In this document: one piece after another, positions 7,238-16,439 of the stretch | Layout of the letters: the number at the start of each line of letters is the position of its first letter | Position numbering within the stretch: position 1 is the first letter of the stretch | Assembly (NCBI GenBank): GCA_044376115.1 | Contig: JBILLK010000001.1 | Location: 32,001-96,000 of the forward strand | Length of the DNA stretch: 64,000 nucleotides | Direction of reading: 5' to 3' | Origin: Polyangiaceae bacterium | GTDB lineage: Bacteria > Myxococcota_A > Polyangia > Polyangiales > Polyangiaceae | Program-made: the position numbers and the translations under genes | Notes under the pieces: generated by a model | What the model was told of the DNA's origin: nothing | Database searches by the model: none | The model's input: only the letters and a program-made list of their open reading frames with translations

Positions 7238-9337
7238 ATGAGCAAGATCGGGGTTGGCCTTTCGTTGATGCCAACTTCGGATTGGCGCTCGGCCAATCAG
7301 CCACTCTTCGACGCGGGCGAGGTGGACGTCGTCGAATGGAGTCTCGACTTTGGTTTCGACCAAGGCCGACCGACTTGGGTGGACGACGTGTTGGGGGATT
7401 TCGAGAAGCGCGATGCCTTGGTCGCACACGGCGTTGAAGGGTCGCTCATGTCTGCGACCCTGACGCCAGCTTCGGTTGATTGGCAGCGTCAGTGTGCAGC
7501 CAGCTGCCGTCAGCACCGCTATCGCCACTTGAGCGAACACTACGGTTTCATCAATGCAGGGCGTATCGCTCGGGGAACGCCGTTCCCTTGTCCTCCGTCA
7601 CGCGCGCTGCTGCAGGCGTGCGTCGATCGCTGGAAGCAGCTTGCTGACCTCACCGGCCTGGCTGTCGGCGTCGAGAATCTCGCCTTCGCGTTTTCGCCCG
7701 AGGACGCGCGCCAACAGGCAGACTTCGTCGCGGAGCTGGTCTTTCGAAGCGAAGGCTTTCTGTTGCTCGACGTTCACAACCTTTGGTGCCAGCTCGAGAA
7801 CCACGGAATGGTCGCCAACGACCTGCTCGCTCGCTACCCGCTTGACCTTGTCAGGGAAGTGCACGTGGCTGGCGGCTCCTATCTGACCGGCACCAACTTC
7901 CGACGAGACACGCACGACGCAGCGATGCCGAACGGGATGCTCGCCTTGGTGCAGCAAGTGGTCCGCACGTGCAAACGACTGCAATCCGTGATCCTGGAGC
8001 GTACGGACCGGTCTTTGTTCAGCCAAGAAGAGGCCGCGGCCCATCGGCTCGAGTTTCGTTCGTTGCGCGCGCTCGTCGCAGAGGCGGAGTACGCGTCCTC
8101 GCTTCCGAGTCCTGAGGCCAGCACCCACAGGACTCGTTGGCCGCAGGACGAACTCGAGAACGTAGAGACCTTTCAAGCCGGCCTTTTGGAGTCGCTACGC
8201 TCGAGCGACTCAAGGACAGCGCTAGTTCAACGCTTGCACGCTGACGGCCCGACGAGCCCGTATGCAGAGTACCTGCAGAGTTTCACCGAAACTGCGAGTC
8301 GCGCGGGTATTGCGATGGCCAAACAATGGACGATGGCCGCGACAACAGCCGACGAAATGGTGGCTGCGGTGTTTCGCGGCGCTGATTGGCCGCTCGACTT
8401 CGTGACGTTGCCAATACCCGCGCCTGAACCAGGCCAAGTGCTGCTGCGAACTCGCGCCGTTGGGCTCTGTGGCACCGACCTTCACATCGTGCAGGGCCGC
8501 TTCGAGGTACCGGCTCCGCTGGTGCTTGGCCACGAGACGGTCGGTGAAGTGCTGGCCCTCGGTGAAGGTGTCACGACGTTGGCCGTGGGGGATCGCGTCG
8601 GCGTTAGCTGGGTGCAAGCGGGCTGCAACGCGTGCTCGTTGTGCAGAAGCGGACGCCCACAACGCTGCTCGGAGGCGCGCACGTGGATTGAGAACGGCGG
8701 CGGGCTCTCTGAGTTCGTCGTGGCGGAGGCCAGCGGCTGCACCAAGCTGCCGAACGAGCTCAGCTTTGAGCAGGCCGCTCCAATGATGTGTGGCGGGCAT
8801 GTCGCGCTATCAGCGATCCATCGAGCGCAACTTCAAGAAGGCGAGCAGCTTGGCGTACTCGGGATTGGCGGCATCGGGCACCTTGCGCTGCAACTTGCTC
8901 TGGCCAAGGGCATCGCCGTTGAGGCAATCAGCGCTCGAAAGAGCAAAGCTGGCCGCATCGATCTGGGCACCGGCAGCATCGCGCTGCGGAACCCCGCGCG
9001 AGACGAGCTTGAGGAACGTTTTGACGCGATCGTTTCCACCACAAGCGACGCAAGCGTGCTCGGTACCGCCCTCCATTGGTTGCGCCCCGGCGGGCGACTC
9101 GTCGTGCTCGGGCTTGGTGGACAAGCGCAATTCGACCCTGCGATTCTCGTACCGCGCGAGCTCTCAGTCCTTGGTTCGATTCAGGGGCCCGCAAGCGATC
9201 TTTTGGAAGCTTTATCGCATGCTGCTGCAGGCCGAGTGCAGGCGCAGATCGAGACCTTTCCCTTTCCCCTGGTGCAACGCGCTCTCGACCGCCTGGCTCA
9301 GCGGCGCGTTCGCTTTCGGGCGGTCATAACCTTCTAG
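7238..9337 (+). CDS. Fusion of a DUF692/MNIO (ChrH-like multinuclear non-heme iron enzyme) and a zinc-dependent alcohol dehydrogenase (MDR)
   Basis: aa 1-364 carry AHG, SEHYGF, GVENLAF, LLDVHNL, EVHVAGG, RRDTHD and ILER. The remainder carries GLCGTDLH, GHETVGEV, CNACSLC..C, MMCGG and GIGGIG. No stop codon separates the domains. Confidence 0.9.
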   Translation: MSKIGVGLSLMPTSDWRSANQPLFDAGEVDVVEWSLDFGFDQGRPTWVDDVLGDFEKRDALVAHGVEGSLMSATLTPASVDWQRQCAASCRQHRYRHLSEHYGFINAGRIARGTPFPCPPSRALLQACVDRWKQLADLTGLAVGVENLAFAFSPEDARQQADFVAELVFRSEGFLLLDVHNLWCQLENHGMVANDLLARYPLDLVREVHVAGGSYLTGTNFRRDTHDAAMPNGMLALVQQVVRTCKRLQSVILERTDRSLFSQEEAAAHRLEFRSLRALVAEAEYASSLPSPEASTHRTRWPQDELENVETFQAGLLESLRSSDSRTALVQRLHADGPTSPYAEYLQSFTETASRAGIAMAKQWTMAATTADEMVAAVFRGADWPLDFVTLPIPAPEPGQVLLRTRAVGLCGTDLHIVQGRFEVPAPLVLGHETVGEVLALGEGVTTLAVGDRVGVSWVQAGCNACSLCRSGRPQRCSEARTWIENGGGLSEFVVAEASGCTKLPNELSFEQAAPMMCGGHVALSAIHRAQLQEGEQLGVLGIGGIGHLALQLALAKGIAVEAISARKSKAGRIDLGTGSIALRNPARDELEERFDAIVSTTSDASVLGTALHWLRPGGRLVVLGLGGQAQFDPAILVPRELSVLGSIQGPASDLLEALSHAAAGRVQAQIETFPFPLVQRALDRLAQRRVRFRAVITF

Positions 9338-9343
9338 CAGCGA

Positions 9344-10234
9344 TCACAACGACACGATCAGAGCCACGCCCAACACGGCGATGCCAGCCCCCAACCAACG
9401 CAAGAACGGTGGTCGCTCCCCAAGCAGCAGGGCCGACAAAACGAGGACAAAAATCGCCCCCATTTGGTTGAGCAACGCGGCTCTCGAAGCCGTGCCGTAT
9501 TTGATTCCGCCCAACCAAAGCAGCATCGCAAAGTACGTGCCCATCAGCGCGGCCGGCAGCGCTTGTCGCCACGCAGCTTGAGGCCGAAACAGCGCGAGCG
9601 CGGACCTTGCCCGTCCGAAGGCGGCCTCAAAACCGAACAGCGCAACGCTACCCGCCCACAAGCGCACGGCCGTCGCTTCGATCAAGGAGCTTCGATTGAG
9701 CACGGGCTTGCAGATGATCACGGCCACGGCTGTCATCAGCACCCCGGCCAGAGCAAGCGCTACCCCTTTGCGATCGACCAGGGCGGGCTCGAGCCTTCGC
9801 TTGCGGCCAATCGGAAGAACCACGACCAGTAATCCCAAGAGGACGAGCGGGCCGCCTACCAACAGACCAACTCCCAACGCCTCGCCGAGAAATAGAAAAC
9901 TCAGCAGAACGACCGTGGGCGAGTAAACGCAGTCGGTGACAGCCGCGACACTGGCATCGATCCTTCGGAGGCCGGCCAGAAAGAGGGTGTCCGCGAGGGC
10001 AAGACCCAGGACACCACTTGCACAAAGGAGCAGCCAATCTCTGGGAGACCGATCGCTGGCAAAGTGGCCACCGGTCGCAAACAGCGTGAGCGTGTGGAGC
10101 AAGGCCGCCAACGAGTTCTTGAACAGGTTGAGCGCAACAGGGTTCTGAGCCGAGAGCTGGCGTAACAAAAGCACGGAAATCGCCCAAGCAAGCGCGCATG
10201 TGAGTGCCATCGCATCGCCTGCCCAGGGTGCCAT
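9344..10234 (-). CDS. DMT/EamA family transporter
   Basis: About 10 hydrophobic helices in two EamA-like repeats (LSFLFLGE, LSALLLGER). Confidence 0.88.
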   Translation of the reverse strand: MAPWAGDAMALTCALAWAISVLLLRQLSAQNPVALNLFKNSLAALLHTLTLFATGGHFASDRSPRDWLLLCASGVLGLALADTLFLAGLRRIDASVAAVTDCVYSPTVVLLSFLFLGEALGVGLLVGGPLVLLGLLVVVLPIGRKRRLEPALVDRKGVALALAGVLMTAVAVIICKPVLNRSSLIEATAVRLWAGSVALFGFEAAFGRARSALALFRPQAAWRQALPAALMGTYFAMLLWLGGIKYGTASRAALLNQMGAIFVLVLSALLLGERPPFLRWLGAGIAVLGVALIVSL

Positions 10235-10381
10235 GGCGCCTCCTTAGCAGCTTCTGACCTCACAAGATCGGTGACCCAGGGCAGTGGGAGGAAAGATTAT
10301 CCATCTGGATAAGCGAAATCGCGGTCACTCTCGAGGGAAAGCCTGATTTTTCAGGACACTTGAGCGTATGCTGGCCTTCTC

Positions 10382-13195
10382 GTGAAAATCGACGGCGAAG
10401 ACATTAAGACGGTCGCCGACCATGCTCAGGGCGCGGGAAAGACGGTCGAACCCGTCCTCCGCGCAACGAGCAACGTCCTCGGCGAAGTGGGTCGCAGGCT
10501 CGTACACCCGATGTCGCGCAAAGCGCGCATCGTCGAATTCAAGGAGGCTGAATTTCAGGATGCCGAAGACTGGACGCTTGCGGACGACGAAGCGATCACC
10601 GTCAACGCTGGCGTAACCGGTGGCACCACGATCGACCTTCCAGAGCCGATCGAATTTGTCCACTTCGGGCACGTGTATCGAGACCGCTCGCCGCTCTTCG
10701 GCTGCCCCAAAATCTCCGATATGGAGGGGGAAATCGGCGAGGACGACGAGGAAACGTTCACCGGCAGCGATCCTCCCGCGCACGGCTTGATGTTCCGCGC
10801 TGCTCTCATGCGCGAGACCGTCCTCCTGGGTGGGTTTATCCGCGCGCAGATGGACGCTCTTGCCGCCGAGGAAAAGAGCAAGGGCGTGATCGGAGTGCTG
10901 GCTCAGGTCCTTGCGGATCTGACGGGTTCAGCTGGTGGCACCCAAGACAAGGCCAATCCAGTCGACCTCAATCCTCACCTCAAGAAGGTCATCGAGGCGG
11001 GCAAGAAGCTGAATCGTCCGCGCCTCGACTACCCGTCGATCCACGAGACGGGCATTAGCCTGCACACTGCGCGCAAGGCCTACCGCGAGTACCTTGTAAA
11101 GGAGCTCGAGGCCAGGCACGCACCCGCCAAGTCACCCGGCGGTGGAATCCTCAACGACCAAGTGGATGAAGTGAATGAGGCTTTGCAAGCCGGGCATGAC
11201 TGGCTTGGCGGCACCCATGATCCAGCAAAGCCCGCAAAGCACGACGCGGTACCCCGCCTCACGGCGTTGGTACCACCCGGCGTGCAAGACTTTTTGAGCC
11301 TGGTCCAGAAGATCAGTTTCAAGGCTTGGGACGTCTGCGCGGCGCTCAACTACGAGTACGCCGTTCGGCTTGAACCAATCATTGAAGAGGCTGCACGCGA
11401 GATGTCAGTGCATGCCATCAAGCAGCGCTCGACCCCGATGTTCCCAGTGTGGTTCATGGAGCCGCAACCGGAGTACGAGCTTCCTGCCAATGTCGAACAG
11501 AAGATCTTCGACAAGATCGACAACCCGCTCTCGAAGAGTGACGTTCCCAAGTTGCTCGGTTTCTTGGTTGGACCAATCAACGACGCCGTTGACGTCGTCA
11601 CCAACCCCATCAAGGACGCCCTCAACAAGTTCGATCAGCAGGTTGGGATCGACGACACACTCGACTTCCTGAGCCGACCAGACCGCTACACTCCCGGCCG
11701 TCCGTTCCTCGACGACATCTTCCTGATTGCACCCGACACCGATCCGCCTGAGGTGCCGGACGCAGCCAAACGTGCTCGCGTCGGCTGGTCGGGGGGACTC
11801 GGCCAGATGGCCGTGGATTCGTTCAAGGGCGCACTCAACATCAAGCGGCTCCCCGTCTTCCTGGAGTGGGTCGTCTCAAAGGTCTCCACCGTCTGCGCGG
11901 AGTTCATTCGCGCCGTCTACTGCCGCTTGTTGACCATGAAGGACAACGAGCACGTGACGGAAGCGGAGATCGTAGAAGCCGCGCGCAAACACCTCGTCGG
12001 CAACGTCATCGAGACGATCCTCGGTGGGCTCGACTTCGTGAACAAGCTGCGAAACTTCACGCTCGATATCCCCATCGCAGAGGTGTCGATCAGCGTGGAT
12101 GCACTGATCGGCCGAGCGAAGGAATTCGCCTCAACGAGGCTCGAGCAGTTCGTCGATCCGGTGATCAAGTTCGCGATGCGAGATCTCCACGGAATGATCT
12201 TCGCGTACCGCGCAACGGCGATCGCGAATCGTTCGCTCACGATGGAGGTTCACCTAGCCCAGCTTCCAACAGTGTTCTCGCGGCTGTTCCGCAACGTCTT
12301 CTTCCCGCTGTGGGACAAAGTGCTCGAGAAGACAATCGCTGCAGTAAGCACCTCGCTGGCGCCGCGTGTGCTCGAGGCCGGCCAGGCTCTGCTCAAAGCG
12401 CGTGCACAGGTCGAAGAAGTTCGCGGAAAGATCGTTCAGGGCCTTGCCGCGCTTGAGACACTACCTGCGGCGCTCCCCGATATTGGATTCAACATCAAGG
12501 ATCCGAAGGGCAGCGTTAACAAGATCAAGAGCGACTGGAACCCGATCATCAAGAACGCCAAGAACGCCTGGGATGAGGCCGAGCTTGACGTTACCCAGGA
12601 CCTGGGGCCGCTCGAGCATGACGAGCTCGAGCAAGCCTTCCCCATCAAGCAGCGCATCGTTCTCTGCGAGATGCAGGATATTACGGCGCGACATCTGCAG
12701 TTGGTCTTGCCGGGGTTGAAGTGGAAGGGTCGTCCTCTGCTGTTGCCGTTGGGCGTGGCAGAAGAAGGCGCCACGACGACCGCCCCGACCAGCACGGAGA
12801 ATCAGCTTCAGGACGCCTCACCGATCTCTGTGCACTCGGCACCTTCCTACAAGAAGAACGTTGAGGAGCCTCTGCCGCACTTTCCGTTGGGGGACTACCC
12901 GATGTCGAGCCCGACGCCTTCGTCGTCATACGTTGCCTACTCGGGATCGTCGGACTTCGGCCCGTCCTCGAACCGCGGCTTCGCACCGCTGCCTTCCTTT
13001 GATGAGCCGTTGGACGCGCCGTTTTCGGATCCACCGACTGCGGACCTGCCTCCAATGCCCGCCAAAAAGAGCACCGAGCAAACACAAGAACTCGAACTTG
13101 GGTTGGCTGGCCTCGACATCGAACAGACGGTCGACATCGACCATCTCGGTCCCTCTTTCCTCCCGCCGTTCCTCGGTAACAAGAACAAGGCCTAA
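10382..13195 (+). CDS. Large hypothetical protein, mostly helical-looking with a Pro/Ser-rich tail; first gene of the vgrG operon
   Basis: 937 aa ORF with host-like codon use, ending 3 bp before vgrG; no recognised domain. Confidence 0.8.
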   Translation: MKIDGEDIKTVADHAQGAGKTVEPVLRATSNVLGEVGRRLVHPMSRKARIVEFKEAEFQDAEDWTLADDEAITVNAGVTGGTTIDLPEPIEFVHFGHVYRDRSPLFGCPKISDMEGEIGEDDEETFTGSDPPAHGLMFRAALMRETVLLGGFIRAQMDALAAEEKSKGVIGVLAQVLADLTGSAGGTQDKANPVDLNPHLKKVIEAGKKLNRPRLDYPSIHETGISLHTARKAYREYLVKELEARHAPAKSPGGGILNDQVDEVNEALQAGHDWLGGTHDPAKPAKHDAVPRLTALVPPGVQDFLSLVQKISFKAWDVCAALNYEYAVRLEPIIEEAAREMSVHAIKQRSTPMFPVWFMEPQPEYELPANVEQKIFDKIDNPLSKSDVPKLLGFLVGPINDAVDVVTNPIKDALNKFDQQVGIDDTLDFLSRPDRYTPGRPFLDDIFLIAPDTDPPEVPDAAKRARVGWSGGLGQMAVDSFKGALNIKRLPVFLEWVVSKVSTVCAEFIRAVYCRLLTMKDNEHVTEAEIVEAARKHLVGNVIETILGGLDFVNKLRNFTLDIPIAEVSISVDALIGRAKEFASTRLEQFVDPVIKFAMRDLHGMIFAYRATAIANRSLTMEVHLAQLPTVFSRLFRNVFFPLWDKVLEKTIAAVSTSLAPRVLEAGQALLKARAQVEEVRGKIVQGLAALETLPAALPDIGFNIKDPKGSVNKIKSDWNPIIKNAKNAWDEAELDVTQDLGPLEHDELEQAFPIKQRIVLCEMQDITARHLQLVLPGLKWKGRPLLLPLGVAEEGATTTAPTSTENQLQDASPISVHSAPSYKKNVEEPLPHFPLGDYPMSSPTPSSSYVAYSGSSDFGPSSNRGFAPLPSFDEPLDAPFSDPPTADLPPMPAKKSTEQTQELELGLAGLDIEQTVDIDHLGPSFLPPFLGNKNKA

Positions 13196-13198
13196 CCG

Positions 13199-15679
13199 AT
13201 GACGATGAACTTCAACCCGAACGCTGTACTCAAGGCAGAGCAGCTCATCGACAGAGCGTCGTTAGATCTCTTCCACTTCGTTAGCCGTGGCCGCGTTGAA
13301 CGGAAGCTTCGCGTCGCGGTTTTCCGCGGTGAAGAGCGCGTGAACGACACCTACAGCTTCGATATGGAGGTGGTTGCGCCTCACGACATCGACCCGCTAA
13401 ACACACTCGAAGACTCAATCCTCGGTCACCCCGGCTCGCTGGTGATGATGGGGGAAGACAGCCCGCGCGTTGTTCACGGCGTGGTCACGGGCTACGAGGT
13501 TTTGCGAGCGATCGATCTGCAGTCTGTGCGGCTTCGGCTCAAACTCTCGCCTCGCCTCGCACTTCTGCAGATGCGCGTGCACAGCCGCATCTTCCAGGAG
13601 CAGACCATTCCGGCGATCGTCAAGCAACTGCTCGCGGAGTGGCGAGTGCCTCACCACTTCGAGCTTTCCGCCGAGTACGCCGTCCGCACGTACGTCACGC
13701 AGTACCATGAGAGTGACTACGAGTTCCTGCTACGCATCCTCGCCCGCGAGGGCATCTTCTTTTACTTCCGTCATTCACCCGAGCACGAGGTTGAAGAACT
13801 GATCTTGTGTGACGAGGCGATGTATCGGCCAGTCCAGGGGCGAACGGCGCACCTCCAGGTCCGAACCGGCCGCTTCGAGATCGCTGAAGGTGAGATCGTC
13901 GAGGTTGGTGTTCGACGAAAGATCCGCCAAACCGCGGCGAGAATCGGCAACTTCGATTTCCGTCACCCACACTTGCCGCTGCGCTCGCTGGAGATGCAGG
14001 CCGATGCGAAGGGAGCCGTTGGCGACCTTGGAACGGAGCGACTGGGTACTTATCACTTCGATCACGATGGTGAGCATGAGCCCTCCGCCAGCGCGGAGAA
14101 GCGCGATCAAGACGCCCTTCGTTTGCTTCAGTCGCTTCGTGGAGATGGGCTGACCATCCTTGGCGCGACGCGCTCACGCAAGCTCATGCCAGGGCACTCG
14201 TTCGTCCTCGAAGGGCATGTGCTCGAGAGCCTCAATCGAGAATGGGTCGTCACGACCGTCAAGCACGACGGCGTTACGCCTGAACTCAACAACGACCTCA
14301 GTCGCGACGAGGTCTACAAGAACGATGTCGAGGCAGCGCCAGTGGAAACGGCTCTGCGCATGGCGCCTAACGAGCGCAACCGCGTAATTCACGGCTCACA
14401 GACGGCGACGGTCGTGGGTGGCGCGGATGGCGAGGTTTTCACCGACAACTACGGCCGGGTGAAGGTTCAATTCCACTGGGACCTCCAAGGCCGCAAAGAC
14501 GAAAAGTCGTCTTCATGGATTCGCGTCTCTCAACCGTGGGCAGGCCCGAGCTTTGGTGCTCAGTTTTTACCTCGCGTCGGTACGGAGGTGATCGTGTCCT
14601 TCTTGGACGGTGATCCAGATCGTCCCATCATCATCGGCGCAGTGTTCAACGGCACCCATCCCTACCCCTTCGGCTTGCCGCAAGAGTCCACCAAGAGCGG
14701 CTTTCGTTCACTCAGCACGCCTGGGGGCGATGGTGCGAACGAATTCAGCTTTGATGACGAGCGCGGACGAGAGGTCGTAACCCTCAAAGCGCAGCGCAAC
14801 ATGGAGGTTCAGGTCTCACGCGACCAACGTGTAGACGTCGGCGGGGACGCTGTGCTGAAGGTTCACGGTCAATTGACCGAGAACATCGACGGTACCCAGA
14901 CCACCACGGTCACCGGGGGCCAGGTCACCTTGGTCACGCTGCAAAAGACCACGCAAGTTCTTGGCGATTCACTCGAAGCGGTTCGTGGAAGTCTCGACTC
15001 GCGAGTGAGTGGGGACCGAAACGTGCGAGTCGAAGGCGCCGCTCGCGACGATCTGGAGTCGCATGAAGCGTTCATTCGCAACGACGCGATTCATCGCGTG
15101 CGCGGGCACTTTGCGGGCGTGGTTGGTGAGCAAGGTGCGGCGACTTCGGCTTCTCTTCACGTCGAAGGAACCGTTTCCGCCTACGCAAGCCGAACCACCG
15201 AGTTCATCGCCGAAAAGGGCATCGTGCTTCGCTGCGGCGAGAGTTCGATTCGCATCGGGCCTGACAGCGTCGAGATCATTGCGCCCAAAGTCCTCATCAG
15301 TGGTGACACCGTTGAGACAGGGGCGGAGAAAGAGCTCCGCGTTGTGTCGAAGAAGGGGCTCATTCTCAAGTCCGAGAAGCTCCACGCGATGGGCAAATCT
15401 GCAAGCCTGTTGCTCTTCACTGACGCAGACATTGGCGGACAGAGGGTGAAGCTCAACTCCAAGGTGGATGAGTCTGCGATCTTGGCCCGTCCCCGACCGC
15501 TCACTCACATCCAACTGACCGACGAAGACGGCTCACCCGCCGCTCGACGTCGCTACGTAATCGTCAGCGGTGATGGCGAGAGAAGCGGTGTGCTCAACGA
15601 CAAGGGTGAAGCGGAGATCGAACTCGAAGCCGACGCCCAGATCTACTTCCCCGATGTCGACAAGCCCAAAGAGGCCTAA
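13199..15679 (+). CDS. vgrG: Type VI secretion spike protein VgrG/TssI with a C-terminal extension
   Basis: RIFQEQT, QYHESDYEFLLRIL.REGIFFYF, DNYGRVKVQFHWD, WIRVSQPWAG, FLPRVGTEVIVSFLDGDPDRP, beta-helix repeats. Confidence 0.95.
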   Translation: MTMNFNPNAVLKAEQLIDRASLDLFHFVSRGRVERKLRVAVFRGEERVNDTYSFDMEVVAPHDIDPLNTLEDSILGHPGSLVMMGEDSPRVVHGVVTGYEVLRAIDLQSVRLRLKLSPRLALLQMRVHSRIFQEQTIPAIVKQLLAEWRVPHHFELSAEYAVRTYVTQYHESDYEFLLRILAREGIFFYFRHSPEHEVEELILCDEAMYRPVQGRTAHLQVRTGRFEIAEGEIVEVGVRRKIRQTAARIGNFDFRHPHLPLRSLEMQADAKGAVGDLGTERLGTYHFDHDGEHEPSASAEKRDQDALRLLQSLRGDGLTILGATRSRKLMPGHSFVLEGHVLESLNREWVVTTVKHDGVTPELNNDLSRDEVYKNDVEAAPVETALRMAPNERNRVIHGSQTATVVGGADGEVFTDNYGRVKVQFHWDLQGRKDEKSSSWIRVSQPWAGPSFGAQFLPRVGTEVIVSFLDGDPDRPIIIGAVFNGTHPYPFGLPQESTKSGFRSLSTPGGDGANEFSFDDERGREVVTLKAQRNMEVQVSRDQRVDVGGDAVLKVHGQLTENIDGTQTTTVTGGQVTLVTLQKTTQVLGDSLEAVRGSLDSRVSGDRNVRVEGAARDDLESHEAFIRNDAIHRVRGHFAGVVGEQGAATSASLHVEGTVSAYASRTTEFIAEKGIVLRCGESSIRIGPDSVEIIAPKVLISGDTVETGAEKELRVVSKKGLILKSEKLHAMGKSASLLLFTDADIGGQRVKLNSKVDESAILARPRPLTHIQLTDEDGSPAARRRYVIVSGDGERSGVLNDKGEAEIELEADAQIYFPDVDKPKEA

Positions 15680-15681
15680 GG

Positions 15682-16332
15682 ATGAAACCCTACGTCGTTC
15701 GTCAAGGTGACTATCTAACGAAGCTCGCGCACACGATGGGCTTCGACCCGGATTTGGTCTGGAACCATTCCAAAAACAGCGAGCTGAGGGAGCGGCGGGC
15801 CGACAAGGACCTGCTTCATCCCGGAGATATTCTCTGGCTCCCACCGAGCCCGGATAAGAAGCGTCTTCAGCTGCGCTCGGGTGCAGCCAATCGCTACATC
15901 GCCCGCATACCGAAGAAGCCGGTGGAGGTTAGAATCCAGGTTGGTGGTGAGCCGCTCGCGGACGAGCCTGCAGTGATTCTTGGAATTGGGCCCGACCCGC
16001 TTGAGACCAAGACCGATGAAGCAGGCTGGATCCGCACCGAGGTGCAAGTTCACGTGCGCGAGATCGAGGTCATCCTCCCTCGCAAACGACGAACGCTACG
16101 CGTCCGAGTCGGCGAGATGGATCCGGTGAACACCGTGAACGGGCTTCGCAAACGGCTCCAGCATTTGGGCTTCTACCAGCCGACCCGAGTGGGCGTGGAG
16201 AACCAGGACGCTTCGGACCCAAGTGCCTTGATTGGCGCGCTGAAGGCCTTCCAAATGGCCCGAAACATTGCTCCTAGCGGGAAGCTCGACGACGAGACAA
16301 AGAGCGCCCTGCTGGCCAAGCACGGCTCTTAG
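15682..16332 (+). CDS. LysM plus peptidoglycan-binding domain protein
   Basis: N-terminal YVVRQGDYLTKLA...LLHPGDILWLP (LysM); C-terminal RLQHLGFY...ALKAFQ...SGKLDDETKSAL (PG_binding_1). Confidence 0.88.
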   Translation: MKPYVVRQGDYLTKLAHTMGFDPDLVWNHSKNSELRERRADKDLLHPGDILWLPPSPDKKRLQLRSGAANRYIARIPKKPVEVRIQVGGEPLADEPAVILGIGPDPLETKTDEAGWIRTEVQVHVREIEVILPRKRRTLRVRVGEMDPVNTVNGLRKRLQHLGFYQPTRVGVENQDASDPSALIGALKAFQMARNIAPSGKLDDETKSALLAKHGS

Positions 16333-16439
16333 CGCTGGCGAGATGCCCTGCAGGCTCATGAGCCGCGCAGGGCACCTCAGCGAAAAGAGATGAAACGAGC
16401 CGTTGGCTGGACCTAGCCACGCCCAGCGAGTACCCTTTC

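Noticed and set aside
10297..10305. TTATCCA as a DnaA box or replication origin
   Set aside because: Only imperfect matches forming one palindrome; no box cluster or dnaA context.
13199..16332. vgrG plus LysM as a prophage tail or extracellular contractile injection system
   Set aside because: No sheath, tube or baseplate genes, and the VgrG motifs are T6SS-type.
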